Positions 8,092 through 16,529 of a stretch of 18,553 nucleotides of DNA are shown in pieces. How positions within the stretch are numbered: position 1 is the first letter of the stretch; every line of letters starts with the position of its first letter. The translations under genes and the position numbers were made by a program. The DNA is from a bacterium (GTDB lineage Bacteria; RBG-13-61-14; DATKZS01). Under the pieces are notes generated by a model. It saw only the letters and a program-made list of their open reading frames with translations. It had not been told where the DNA came from and ran no database searches. The DNA is taken from the NCBI GenBank assembly GCA_046484135.1, contig JAWOBU010000044.1, forward strand, positions 1 through 18,553, written 5' to 3'.

Positions 8092-9273
8092 TCACAAGAG
8101 AGCTTCGTGTAAAATGTCCATCAAGTAGCGCACCGGTACCTGGTCGCCGCCGTGCTCGCGGGACAGCGCGGCATCCTGGTAACAGGGCGTGATAAAAGTG
8201 GCGGCTCCCGCTCGGGAGGCTTCGGAAAGACGGAATTGGACCAGGTTCCGGGCGGTCTCCGGTGATACCAGGTCCAGTCCTCCTTCCCATCCCAGGGGAG
8301 GGGCCTGATCCAGCTCTTCCCGAAGCGGCGCAAGCTCGACCCCCAGCGATTCCAAAAGCCCCCGGAACTCCGCGGCAACCCCCGAGTACCTCCCCAGCGC
8401 CGCAGGATCGTGAAGCGCGGCCGGGCCGTCCACTACCTTTCCCAGGTCAAGGCCGGCAAGCTTCTCCTGCACCGCGGTGGTAATAAACATCACTTCTTGC
8501 TTCTCGAGGAGTTCGTGTTTATTGAGCGCAAGCCAGACGTCCGGGTCGGCGACAATCACGGTTTTGAAGTTTTCCAGGCCGGCGGTCCAGCCGGTGTCCG
8601 GCGAAAGCCCGATGCTCTCGGCCACGCCTCCGATGGAGCCTTCATTCACCAGGGCGGGTTCGTACCCGAGCTTTTCGAGCACTTCGATTATTCTGCCGCA
8701 GGTGTCCGGGCGGCGCTTGAGGAAAGGTCCCAGCACCAGCGCGGTGTCGGTGCCCGTTGATTTGCTTTCCAGGCCGGGGGGCTGTCCGTAAATGTTGCCG
8801 TAGGACTCGAGGTTCCGCCTGGCTTCCTGGTAGGCCGGCGGTATGACTTCGGGAGCGACCTTCCAGACCATGGCCCGCATGGACGCGGCCATCCGGGCTA
8901 CGGGCACTCCTTCGGGGCAGGCCGGCTCGCACTGTCCGCACACCGCGCACAGAAAGATGGAGTCCGCGTCGTGGAAAAGGTCGGGGTAAGAACGGCTGGC
9001 AGCAGCGGCGATATGCATGGGCCCCAGAAAGCGGCCGGAGCTGGCTTCCATGACCCGGCAGGAGGCGGGGCAGAGACCGCAGGCCACGCAGTCCTCGAAC
9101 TCGAGGCTTTCCCGGTGGGCTTTTTCGGAGAGGTTTGCCAGGCGGTCTTCCCGGAAGTAGGACAGAAACAGCTCTGCCTGGTCCTGTTTGCTCCTCCGTA
9201 CCAGGGAACGGAGCATATGGAGGTTGAAGTTATAGCCGAGCACGGCTATGGCTTTTATTCTGGCGAGGTCCAT
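8092..9273 (-). CDS. (Fe-S)-binding protein, GlpC/HdrD-like, with a 2x[4Fe-4S] N-domain and degenerate CCG domains
   Basis: CVACGLCPASC and CAVCGQCEPACP ferredoxin motifs; NL..YGN..G; downstream CCG-domain scaffold (HDP..LGR, TPC) with most cysteines replaced. Confidence 0.8.
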   Translation of the reverse strand: MDLARIKAIAVLGYNFNLHMLRSLVRRSKQDQAELFLSYFREDRLANLSEKAHRESLEFEDCVACGLCPASCRVMEASSGRFLGPMHIAAAASRSYPDLFHDADSIFLCAVCGQCEPACPEGVPVARMAASMRAMVWKVAPEVIPPAYQEARRNLESYGNIYGQPPGLESKSTGTDTALVLGPFLKRRPDTCGRIIEVLEKLGYEPALVNEGSIGGVAESIGLSPDTGWTAGLENFKTVIVADPDVWLALNKHELLEKQEVMFITTAVQEKLAGLDLGKVVDGPAALHDPAALGRYSGVAAEFRGLLESLGVELAPLREELDQAPPLGWEGGLDLVSPETARNLVQFRLSEASRAGAATFITPCYQDAALSREHGGDQVPVRYLMDILHEALL

Positions 9274-9324
9274 GATTGTTGTCCTTTTTCCGGCATTATA
9301 CCATAACCACCTTTTGCAAGGCGA

Positions 9325-10113
9325 TCATAACCAGGCAGTGCTTTGGGGGAAGACGAGGTAAAAAAACTCCCGCCCTTGCTCAAATATCCAGTTGAACAAA
9401 AGCCGCAGTAACTCGAACTGGCCGAGAAGCATCAGCGCTCCCACCAATATAAGCAGTACACCCGCGCCGATCTCGATTTTCCGGAAATGGTTTTTGACCT
9501 GGTCGAAGAACTTGAAGAAGGTGTCCACTGCCAGTCCGGTCAGGACAAAGGGTATGGCCAGCCCGACGGAGTAGAGCGCCATCAGCACTATGGCCTGGTT
9601 TGCGGTTTCCTGGTTCATGGCCATGAGCAGGATGGAGCCCAGAATGGGGCCCAGGCAGGGGGACCAGCCGAAGGCAAAGGCAAGACCCAGCACGAAAGCG
9701 CCCAGGATGGAGCCGCTTTTGCCGCCCTGGAAGCGCCATTCCCGTTCCAGGGACTTTATCCGGAAGGCACCCGCCATGTGCAGGCCCAGCACGATTACCA
9801 CCACGCCGGCGACCCGCATCAGGATGTCCTTGTGCGAGGAGATGGCCTCGCCCAGGGCGTAAGCGGTGACACCCCCGGCTATGAAGACCGCGGTAAACCC
9901 GACGATAAAAGCCAGGGTGCAATAAAGCACCGGCAGGGTCCTCTTCAGCTTGTCTCTGTCTTCGCCGGAGCCCTCCATCTCCGCCAGGCTGACGCCCGAG
10001 ATGTAGGAGATATAGCCGGGAACCAGGGGAAGAACGCAAGGCGTAAGAAAGGACAAAAGCCCTGCGGTAAAGCTCGTGAAATAGCCGGGTACTTCCTGGA
10101 GGCCGGGCGGCAT
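9325..10113 (-). CDS. ccdA: Cytochrome c biogenesis thiol-disulfide transporter CcdA
   Basis: AGLLSFLTPCVLPLVPGYISYI and FAFGWSPCLGPILGSIL (two PC motifs), YSVGLAIPF, about 6 TM helices. Confidence 0.93.
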   Translation of the reverse strand: MPPGLQEVPGYFTSFTAGLLSFLTPCVLPLVPGYISYISGVSLAEMEGSGEDRDKLKRTLPVLYCTLAFIVGFTAVFIAGGVTAYALGEAISSHKDILMRVAGVVVIVLGLHMAGAFRIKSLEREWRFQGGKSGSILGAFVLGLAFAFGWSPCLGPILGSILLMAMNQETANQAIVLMALYSVGLAIPFVLTGLAVDTFFKFFDQVKNHFRKIEIGAGVLLILVGALMLLGQFELLRLLFNWIFEQGREFFYLVFPQSTAWL

Positions 10114-10205
10114 AAGAGGTAACTCCTTGTAATCGAAAGAATGCGGCGCACACCTGACGCCGATTTTTAAAGGTACATGAAACTGGAAGAGGTTTCAAGA
10201 CAAGG

Positions 10206-10380
10206 CATAAAGACCGCTGTCAAATTGATTTCCCGCTCTCCAAAATGTTACACTTTTTGAAAGTGAACTTGTTCGAGCAGAAGCCCTTGTTGTCGGCGTT
10301 TGCGATGAATGAACGCAAAAAGAACAAGCTGCCGGTCCCCAACCAACTGAAATTATTCGATGATTAACCGGACAGCAGTG
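10206..10380 (+). mobile_element. IS4-family remnant: transposase C-terminus plus right end
   Basis: Frame HKDRCQIDFPLSKMLHFLKVNLFEQKPLLSAFAMNERKKNKLPVPNQLKLFDD* (stop 10365-10367) matches the L..IL..L.V.LFE...NQL.LF tail of IS4 transposases. It is followed by CCGGACAGCAGTG, which reads CACTGCTGTCCGG inward and resembles an IS4 end. Confidence 0.7.
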
Positions 10381-10392
10381 TGAACGTGTCAG

Positions 10393-11625
10393 TTAAAATG
10401 CGGCCACTACAACCGCCGAGTATCTGCTTCGATCCCGATAATCTTTTCCCTTTGCCAGGTCGCGAATGATATAGGTGTATTCCATGCTGGCCCGCACGTT
10501 GCGGGAAATGAGATAATGAAACGAACAAGTGGCTGTTTGATAGTCCATGACGTGAACACCGTCTTGTTCGTAGTCGGAGGCTATGTCGTTATAAAGCGCT
10601 GACACGTACCACCTGCCGTCTCCACCTTCGGGCAGCACGGTCAGCTCGGCCAACAGACCGTTGGTTTCGGTGTCCTCTTCATCGTCGTTCATGAAATAGG
10701 GATTGCTGTCTCGGCGGACAAGATATACGGTCATAAACTTGATGTTTTCGTTGCCGATACGGAAGTCTCCTCCGTAGTAGTCCACGTTGTTGATGTTCCG
10801 GTCTGTGGACGTGTCGTCTATCGTGTTTTTTTCCTTGCCCATGTAATAAAAGCCGCCCAGGCTTGCCGGGCCAATGGCCTGGTTTATCCGGAACATGTAG
10901 TTGGTGTAATTATCATTGTCATAAGAGCCCGTTTCTTCATCGGCCTCCACCAGACCATTGCCGTTCACTGCCTGGAAGACAAGGTCCGTGCCGAAGTCAA
11001 AGCCATAGTCCACGACCACACCGCGGGCGTACTTCATGTTGATATGGGAGCGGTCAGGGGCACGGGCGAAAACCTCGTATCCCTCATAGGTAAGCCGGAG
11101 CTCACTTTTGGCGATGGGGTCGGAAAGCGCGAACTGACCTACCGTAAAGTTGACTCCGGTATCGAAAACACTGGGAAAGTACAAGAAGGCGTCTTCGATT
11201 CCGGCGACCTCGCCGCGCTCGGAAAGAAAGAAGTAAAAGTAATAGGACACCTTGTCCGAGATGGGACCGCCGGAGATGAACTTAAGCTTGTAAGGGGTTT
11301 TGAAGTCGAACTCGGAGGGCTCGTCGTCAGGCGCCATAGTGGCCATCATGTCCACTCTCATGCCGAGAAGCAGGTCACGGGGAAGTTGAAGAAGGCCATC
11401 GCCGGTATCATAGCTTGCTCGGGGCGGCTCGCCTTCCGGCAACTTGAATCCGTTGCCCGCGAACTCGTCTCCATAAGCTTTAAGGCGTGGAAAAGGAGCA
11501 TGACATACGGTGCAACTAAAGCGATACTTTCTGGCAAAACCCGGCATGGCCTCGCTCTTCGGCGGGATGATCAGACAAGCGGCCACAACCGCAACCGCGA
11601 CCAAAAGAAACAGTCCCTTCTTCAT
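10393..11625 (-). CDS. Cyc2-like fused monoheme cytochrome c / outer-membrane beta-barrel protein
   Basis: AAGGAGG RBS; signal peptide ending SEA; mature start MPGFARKYRFSCTVCHAPFPRL (PxFARKY, CxxCH, PxL); amphipathic aromatic-rich strands; C-terminal Phe. Confidence 0.8.
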   Translation of the reverse strand: MKKGLFLLVAVAVVAACLIIPPKSEAMPGFARKYRFSCTVCHAPFPRLKAYGDEFAGNGFKLPEGEPPRASYDTGDGLLQLPRDLLLGMRVDMMATMAPDDEPSEFDFKTPYKLKFISGGPISDKVSYYFYFFLSERGEVAGIEDAFLYFPSVFDTGVNFTVGQFALSDPIAKSELRLTYEGYEVFARAPDRSHINMKYARGVVVDYGFDFGTDLVFQAVNGNGLVEADEETGSYDNDNYTNYMFRINQAIGPASLGGFYYMGKEKNTIDDTSTDRNINNVDYYGGDFRIGNENIKFMTVYLVRRDSNPYFMNDDEEDTETNGLLAELTVLPEGGDGRWYVSALYNDIASDYEQDGVHVMDYQTATCSFHYLISRNVRASMEYTYIIRDLAKGKDYRDRSRYSAVVVAAF

Positions 11626-11712
11626 TTGCTCCTCCTTCAAGGTCGGCATTTCAAACGGAAAGCCCCGGCTCACAGACCGACCGTCTCTGAGACGAAGATT
11701 ACTTAGTGTCCG

Positions 11713-13080
11713 TCAATAATATATTTCCACCTCGGTCTCGCCGGTGTTGATGATCCGGTCTTTTGATTCTTCTTCGGGAACGTCGAGAAAGTCGGCCACC
11801 GGTTTGACCAGGAGCTTATAGCGAAGCTCGGCGCGAACCTTCAGGGTCCCCTCCGCCACTTCGTCGGGAACGTACCATGAGAAAGTTTCCACCTTGGTCT
11901 CGCGGGGACCGATGCGATAGTCCACTCCCAGTTTGGCGGTGTTCCACTGGCAGATGGTCATGATCCCCTCTTTGGTAAAGTAGGGCATGCGAAAAATTCG
12001 GTCACCTTCGGGCACGCCGTCGCGGGGAAGGCCGTCGAAATTTTCGGGAACGTCCATCATGTCCTTGAAGTCCTGGTAGGCCTTGGCGTCGTCGGAGGCT
12101 ATGGTGTACTCCTCGCCTTCAAACCCCTTTTTGTCTACCTTCAAGTGATAGACCTTACCGTTGGCGTCTGTGGCTTCAACATGAAGATACAACAGGCGGT
12201 CCTCCACTGAGCCGGTGGGTATTTTGTGGCCCGCTTTCTGATTGAAAAGCTGGATGGTAAATACTGCCTTAGTAGCAGGCTCATATTCCAAGCGGCTGGG
12301 CTGGATCAAGACGTCAATTGCGCCGTTGGTCTTGGTGGGTACGTGGGCGCCGTGGAAAAGATGCTGCCGCACGTCGTCGTATTTCTTGCCTTCCGTCATT
12401 GACCGGACACCGGGGGCCGGCGGCATGTGACAGACGTGACACTGGACTCCCTCATCGCTGTAAGGGCCGTTTTTCCATTCGGTGTAGGTGCTTTTTACCG
12501 GCACGCCAAAAGGACTTCTTTCGTTATGGCAATTGGCGCATAATTTGGCCGACTGCATATGGGGCGCCTTTTTCGATTTGTGGACAGAAGATTTATTGCC
12601 GCCCCTTGTGCCGTACTTCACGTCACCGGGGTCCATGTAATAGCTGAAGTTGAAAAGTTTTGATTCATCATATCCGGAAATGTTGTGGCAGACTTCGCAG
12701 GATATTGACTCGTTGGCCCGCGGCTTTTTGTCGGGCCGGGGAGGGGGCACATCTCCCGCCATGTAAGCCAGAGGGGTGTGACAGCCGTTGCAGCCGTCTA
12801 CAGCGTCCTTGAAATCGGGATTGCGCTTGGCGTGCTCCACTGCAAGATCAAAGTACTCGATCTCGTCCCACTGATGGGTGTAGGCCTGGGCCATCATGCT
12901 CTGTTTCCACTGGTAGTAAATGCCGGTGTGACATTGCCGGCAGGTCTCGGGCCTGTCGAACTTGTCGTAACCGTAAGCGCCCTTCAGTTCCTCACCTGAC
13001 TTATGGGCAGTTTCCGAAAGGGCCACAAAAGAAACAAACGCCAAGCCGGCAATTAAAACTAAAAGAGTTTTAGGCTTCAT
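11713..13080 (-). CDS. Periplasmic pentaheme cytochrome c (c554-like N-domain plus C-terminal beta domain)
   Basis: Signal peptide; five CxxCH motifs (CRQCH, CNGCH, CEVCH, CANCH, CHVCH); STYTEW and GHKIPTG motifs; RBS AAGGAG. Confidence 0.9.
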   Translation of the reverse strand: MKPKTLLVLIAGLAFVSFVALSETAHKSGEELKGAYGYDKFDRPETCRQCHTGIYYQWKQSMMAQAYTHQWDEIEYFDLAVEHAKRNPDFKDAVDGCNGCHTPLAYMAGDVPPPRPDKKPRANESISCEVCHNISGYDESKLFNFSYYMDPGDVKYGTRGGNKSSVHKSKKAPHMQSAKLCANCHNERSPFGVPVKSTYTEWKNGPYSDEGVQCHVCHMPPAPGVRSMTEGKKYDDVRQHLFHGAHVPTKTNGAIDVLIQPSRLEYEPATKAVFTIQLFNQKAGHKIPTGSVEDRLLYLHVEATDANGKVYHLKVDKKGFEGEEYTIASDDAKAYQDFKDMMDVPENFDGLPRDGVPEGDRIFRMPYFTKEGIMTICQWNTAKLGVDYRIGPRETKVETFSWYVPDEVAEGTLKVRAELRYKLLVKPVADFLDVPEEESKDRIINTGETEVEIYY

Positions 13081-13206
13081 GTCCTCTCCTTCCCGCACTC
13101 AAAAACTGTCATTAAAAATGTCTTCTTTTATGGAGCTTATTGAAGAGGAATTATTTGAAGGTTCTTCTGGCTGCAAACGTTTAATCCCTGTTTAAGTGTA
13201 TTTTAA

Positions 13207-13234
13207 AAGATATGTCATAACTGAAGTTTGTCAA
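13207..13234 (-). promoter_or_regulatory. Candidate sigma70 promoter of the cytochrome operon
   Basis: Minus strand TTGACA-N16-TATCTT in an AT-rich region about 130 bp upstream of the start codon. Confidence 0.35.
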
Positions 13235-13401
13235 GAGAAGAATTTATGTGAAGTTTCCCCCCAAAACTCTTGTTTGATACCCGATTTGTCTTTTACAACA
13301 TGAAGATGAGAGCTATAAAAAGTGAAAACGTTAACATCGGCCTCAGGGTGGGGTACAGGTCAGCCGTGTCTGGCGGGCGCATCTGTTCATGTGGGTACAA
13401 T

Positions 13402-13456
13402 AAAAAGGCGGTCCATCCTGTAAATCCACCCTTCCGAGGACGGATGGGCGGGCCAC
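13402..13456 (-). terminator. Imperfect hairpin with T-run downstream of the C45-like gene
   Basis: Minus strand GGTGG..CCATCC...GGATGG.CCGCC followed by TTTTT; the loop is long. Confidence 0.3.
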
Positions 13457-13590
13457 CCAAAGGTTTTCTTTTTAAAGGTATTCTGAAGCTTGAAAAAGGG
13501 GAGAACTCCACTCTTACGTGGGGTCGTGTCGGTTCCGACTTTCGCACTCCTAAAAAACGGAATTTCGCAACAGACACTGAATAGAAGCAG

Positions 13591-14577
13591 TCACTGACTT
13601 TCGTTCTTTTCTTTGTTTCTTTCCACCACGGAGGCGCAAGCCGGACAACGGGGCCGGAAGGTAAAGCTTTCCATGTCCAGGGCGCCGAAGCTTTGGCCGC
13701 GGTCGCGGGAGAGGCAGACCAGGCCGGATTCTCCGGCAAAGTACGCCTTAATTTTCCGGTCCGCTTCCGGAAAGGAGAGGCCACAGTAGTTTTGCGCGTC
13801 GGGAAGCGACACACCGCAAACTCCCTGCGAAAGACCGCTCCGGTTCTTCCATACATCTTTTCCGGCCAGGCAGCAGCCCGACTTTCTCATACCGGCCATG
13901 GCGAACACCGCGCCCGGCCGGGACAGGACCAGGTAGGCGGGAGAGCCTTCCGGGTGATGGACAACCAGCATCCAGCCGGGGATGCCCGCGCTGTGCCAGC
14001 GCCGGCGCGAGAGTTCCTCGACGGAAAAGGAAGGAGAGTCATCCCGTGGGGCCCGGTCCTCGTCTTCCTGCCAGATCGGTCCGTACTCGAGGTAGGCCCG
14101 GTTAAGCCGAATAAGCTCCCACATTGATGCCTCGGCGCCCTCGGCCATGCCCAGGAGCTCCTGCCGCAGAAAGCGCGGCCGGCGGAGGAAATCTTTATAA
14201 AACGACATTGTCTTGAAAACCTCGAACGAGCCTGGATGAGACCTCTGCAGGGACTCAATCGCGGTGTTGATCTCTGCCTTCAGCATGGCGCCGTGTTGAT
14301 ACCCTCTTTCGTAGGAGCTGCCATACAGATGCACGATGGCCACACCGGGAAAGAACTCGAGCGAGCCTTCACCGAAATGTTCGTCTTTCATCAGGATGCT
14401 GCTGCGTTCCACCAGCGGCGCGATGGACACGGGCGGGCAGGTTGGAAAGCGGGTCCCTTCCTGGTTATCTCCCTTACCTTCCGGAGCGTAAAAAACGATA
14501 AAAGTGAAAAAGACGGTAAGGGCGAAGCTTGTAATTATTTTCTGCGGGGAGAAAGCTCTTCTCACTCCGAACCCCAT
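13591..14577 (-). CDS. Membrane-anchored C45 peptidase/Ntn-hydrolase-like protein, apparently lacking the catalytic motif
   Basis: N-terminal TM; VHLYGSSYERGYQHG.ML..EI, ELLGMAEGA....ELIRLN and LVVHHPEG.....LSRPGAV..MAGM resemble C45 family segments. Confidence 0.6.
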   Translation of the reverse strand: MGFGVRRAFSPQKIITSFALTVFFTFIVFYAPEGKGDNQEGTRFPTCPPVSIAPLVERSSILMKDEHFGEGSLEFFPGVAIVHLYGSSYERGYQHGAMLKAEINTAIESLQRSHPGSFEVFKTMSFYKDFLRRPRFLRQELLGMAEGAEASMWELIRLNRAYLEYGPIWQEDEDRAPRDDSPSFSVEELSRRRWHSAGIPGWMLVVHHPEGSPAYLVLSRPGAVFAMAGMRKSGCCLAGKDVWKNRSGLSQGVCGVSLPDAQNYCGLSFPEADRKIKAYFAGESGLVCLSRDRGQSFGALDMESFTFRPRCPACASVVERNKEKNESQ

Positions 14578-15368
14578 CTGGCCTTGTGGGCCGTGCGGAT
14601 ATTCTGGATGCTCTGGCGGTAGGGCTTGATGTCTCTGCCCGGCGAAAGAAAAGAGTAGCGCAACAGGTGGTCTTCCGCTTTGTCCAGGGACTTGCCGTCA
14701 AAGTTGCCATAGACCAGGTAAACCTTGACCAGCTCCCGGTGGACGAGCGCGTTCTTGGGCGCGATCTCGATAATCCCGAGAAGTAGCTGGCGTGCGTGCT
14801 CCACGTAGCCCTCCAGGTAGTAGTTGCGGGCCCGCTTGAGGGCTTCCTTGATCTCCTGAGAAGATGACTGTTCGGACAAGCCGGATTCGACTTTAAGAGA
14901 AGCTGCTCCCCGTTTGTAGACGCTGAAAATTTTTCCCTTCTTTCGGAAGTAGCGCCGGTAGACGAGGCCGGTGCCGGGCAGGGGCTTGTGGCCGGTCAAA
15001 AGCGGCTTCAGCTTTGGAGAACGGCGCCGGACGGAAAGGTTGTCCACCACTACGTAATCGCAGGCGCCCTGTTCGATCCTGGAACTCAACTCTTGCAGGT
15101 TATCGGGTATGGGAACGTGCTCGCCCTCCCAGACCGAAGTAAAAAAAGGCTCGGGCTCCATTATACGCTTTCCGGGCTTTACCTTCAGAAGCTTTTTCGA
15201 GTCCTCCGCCGCCTGGCGCTGACCTTTTATCATCTCCTCGTCGGCATCCTGCCAGACGTTTCCTCCGGACTTGTCCTCGCAGCCGCAGAAAAAGAGCATA
15301 AAGCAGGCCAGCAGCACAACCGGGCGGAAGCCGCAAACCGCGGCAGATGTTTTTTTATTCATCCTCAT
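14562..15368 (-). CDS. Putative lipoprotein with C-terminal TPR-like helices
   Basis: Hydrophobic signal ending FFCGC (lipobox-like); ARNYYLEG..EHA...L...IEIAPKNALVHRELVKVY TPR pattern; overlaps the start of the next gene. Confidence 0.7.
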   Translation of the reverse strand: MRMNKKTSAAVCGFRPVVLLACFMLFFCGCEDKSGGNVWQDADEEMIKGQRQAAEDSKKLLKVKPGKRIMEPEPFFTSVWEGEHVPIPDNLQELSSRIEQGACDYVVVDNLSVRRRSPKLKPLLTGHKPLPGTGLVYRRYFRKKGKIFSVYKRGAASLKVESGLSEQSSSQEIKEALKRARNYYLEGYVEHARQLLLGIIEIAPKNALVHRELVKVYLVYGNFDGKSLDKAEDHLLRYSFLSPGRDIKPYRQSIQNIRTAHKARWGSE

Positions 15369-15469
15369 GACCCAGCAATCATGATAGGTTTTAATCGAAC
15401 GGCTGTCAAAGTTTTGCCGCCGGATTTGCCCGCCCGGCGTTGTTCTGGTAAAAACTACGTGGAGTTATT

Positions 15470-16399
15470 ATGTTACGTGAGTTTCGAGAAAAGGTCGGCA
15501 GGCTTCAAAACCTGGATTTCCAGGGCCATGACCGGCATGACTGGCTCAACCTGGACATGAGCGACGACGAGATACTGGCGGAGCTCCGGAAGCGGCCGGA
15601 CCCGGAGCTTTTCCTGGGTCGTTACACGCGGGAGGAAATAAAAGAACGGCTTTCGAGCCGGGGCATCTTCAGTCGTCTGGTGGAACAAGGCTACCCGGAC
15701 GTAGAGGTCGAGATATCCACGGACCAGGTCTACAATCACCGGCTTTACGTGCATACGGGTGTCCGGGACTACGACCACATTCTTATCGAGCTGCGTCTCC
15801 GGGAAGGCAACTTCCGCCCGAAAAAGCAGTTCATACCGGGCTACGTGCTGGGCGAGATGTCCATGATCATGGTTGATTTCCTGCTTTTGCAAAACCCGGG
15901 CGAGAAGTTCAGTCGGGACAGGCCTCCCCTGCCGCAGCAGACCCACCCGGGCCTCGGGCTTTTGAAGGAGCTGATCCCTCTGGTGCTCGAGGTTGTCAAG
16001 GAGAGCGGGAGGGCGGGAGTTCTCGATGTTCCCGAGCACTTTCACGGCGCTCTTTTCTACTCGAAGTGGTTCAAGTTCTTGGACCCGGACATGGAAGGCA
16101 GGTTCCGGGCCATGAAACGGGACCTGAAAAAACACGAGCTGTTTGTTGTAAGCGAGTGCATTTTTCACGACTGTCTTATGAATCTTGCCGTCGGCGAGAG
16201 GGAGAGCTGGAGCCCCGGCGAACAGATACTCCCCATCTCCGAGGTCCTTCTTGATTACTTCGATCATCCCGAGTACAAGCGCAAAGCGGGGGAGGCGCAA
16301 GAGAAGAACCGCTACGACCTTGACGTGGACCGGTATCAGCGGGTCAAGCGCGAAGCAGAGGAAGCGGGCGGCCCGGAAGGCGGTGTTGCCGCAACCTGA
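15470..16399 (+). CDS. Conserved hypothetical protein resembling the C-terminal domain of some bacterial HDAC-family proteins
   Basis: 309 aa, GGAG RBS, genome-typical codon bias; motifs LIELRL, LLLQNP...F...RPPLP.Q.HPGLGL, PEHFH.A..Y, F.DP..EGRF.A..RDL. Confidence 0.75.
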   Translation: MLREFREKVGRLQNLDFQGHDRHDWLNLDMSDDEILAELRKRPDPELFLGRYTREEIKERLSSRGIFSRLVEQGYPDVEVEISTDQVYNHRLYVHTGVRDYDHILIELRLREGNFRPKKQFIPGYVLGEMSMIMVDFLLLQNPGEKFSRDRPPLPQQTHPGLGLLKELIPLVLEVVKESGRAGVLDVPEHFHGALFYSKWFKFLDPDMEGRFRAMKRDLKKHELFVVSECIFHDCLMNLAVGERESWSPGEQILPISEVLLDYFDHPEYKRKAGEAQEKNRYDLDVDRYQRVKREAEEAGGPEGGVAAT

Positions 16400-16495
16400 G
16401 TCAGCCGGCAGGAGCAAATAAAAAGGGTTCATCCGGTTTATTGGCACCTGAACAAAATCATGCGTTTACCGCTTTGTTGGCTGCCAGCGGGGAGG

Positions 16496-16524
16496 TTGAC
16501 TCCCTCATGCTCAGCGACTATGGT
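16496..16524 (+). promoter_or_regulatory. Candidate sigma70 promoter inside the MITE
   Basis: TTGACT-N17-TATGGT directly ahead of a two-hairpin unit. Confidence 0.5.
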
Positions 16525-16529
16525 ATTAG

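Noticed and set aside
7958..8290. N-terminal extension of the 220-aa ORF
   Set aside because: It overlaps the Fe-S gene; a strong RBS and signal peptide place the start at 7957.
11630..11712. Possible cyclic-dinucleotide (GEMM-type) riboswitch between the cytochrome genes (CGGAAAGCC and the palindrome CGTCTC-T-GAGACG at 11682-11694)
   Set aside because: The CGGAAAGCC piece is on the non-coding strand and no first hairpin with a GNRA loop is evident; an Rfam scan would settle it.
13107..13123. Pho-box-like CTGTCAT...ATGTC upstream of the pentaheme gene
   Set aside because: The half-site spacing is 12 rather than 11 bp and the second half-site is poor.
13270..13584. 104-aa plus-strand ORF
   Set aside because: TTG start without an RBS, atypical codon usage and no recognisable domain.
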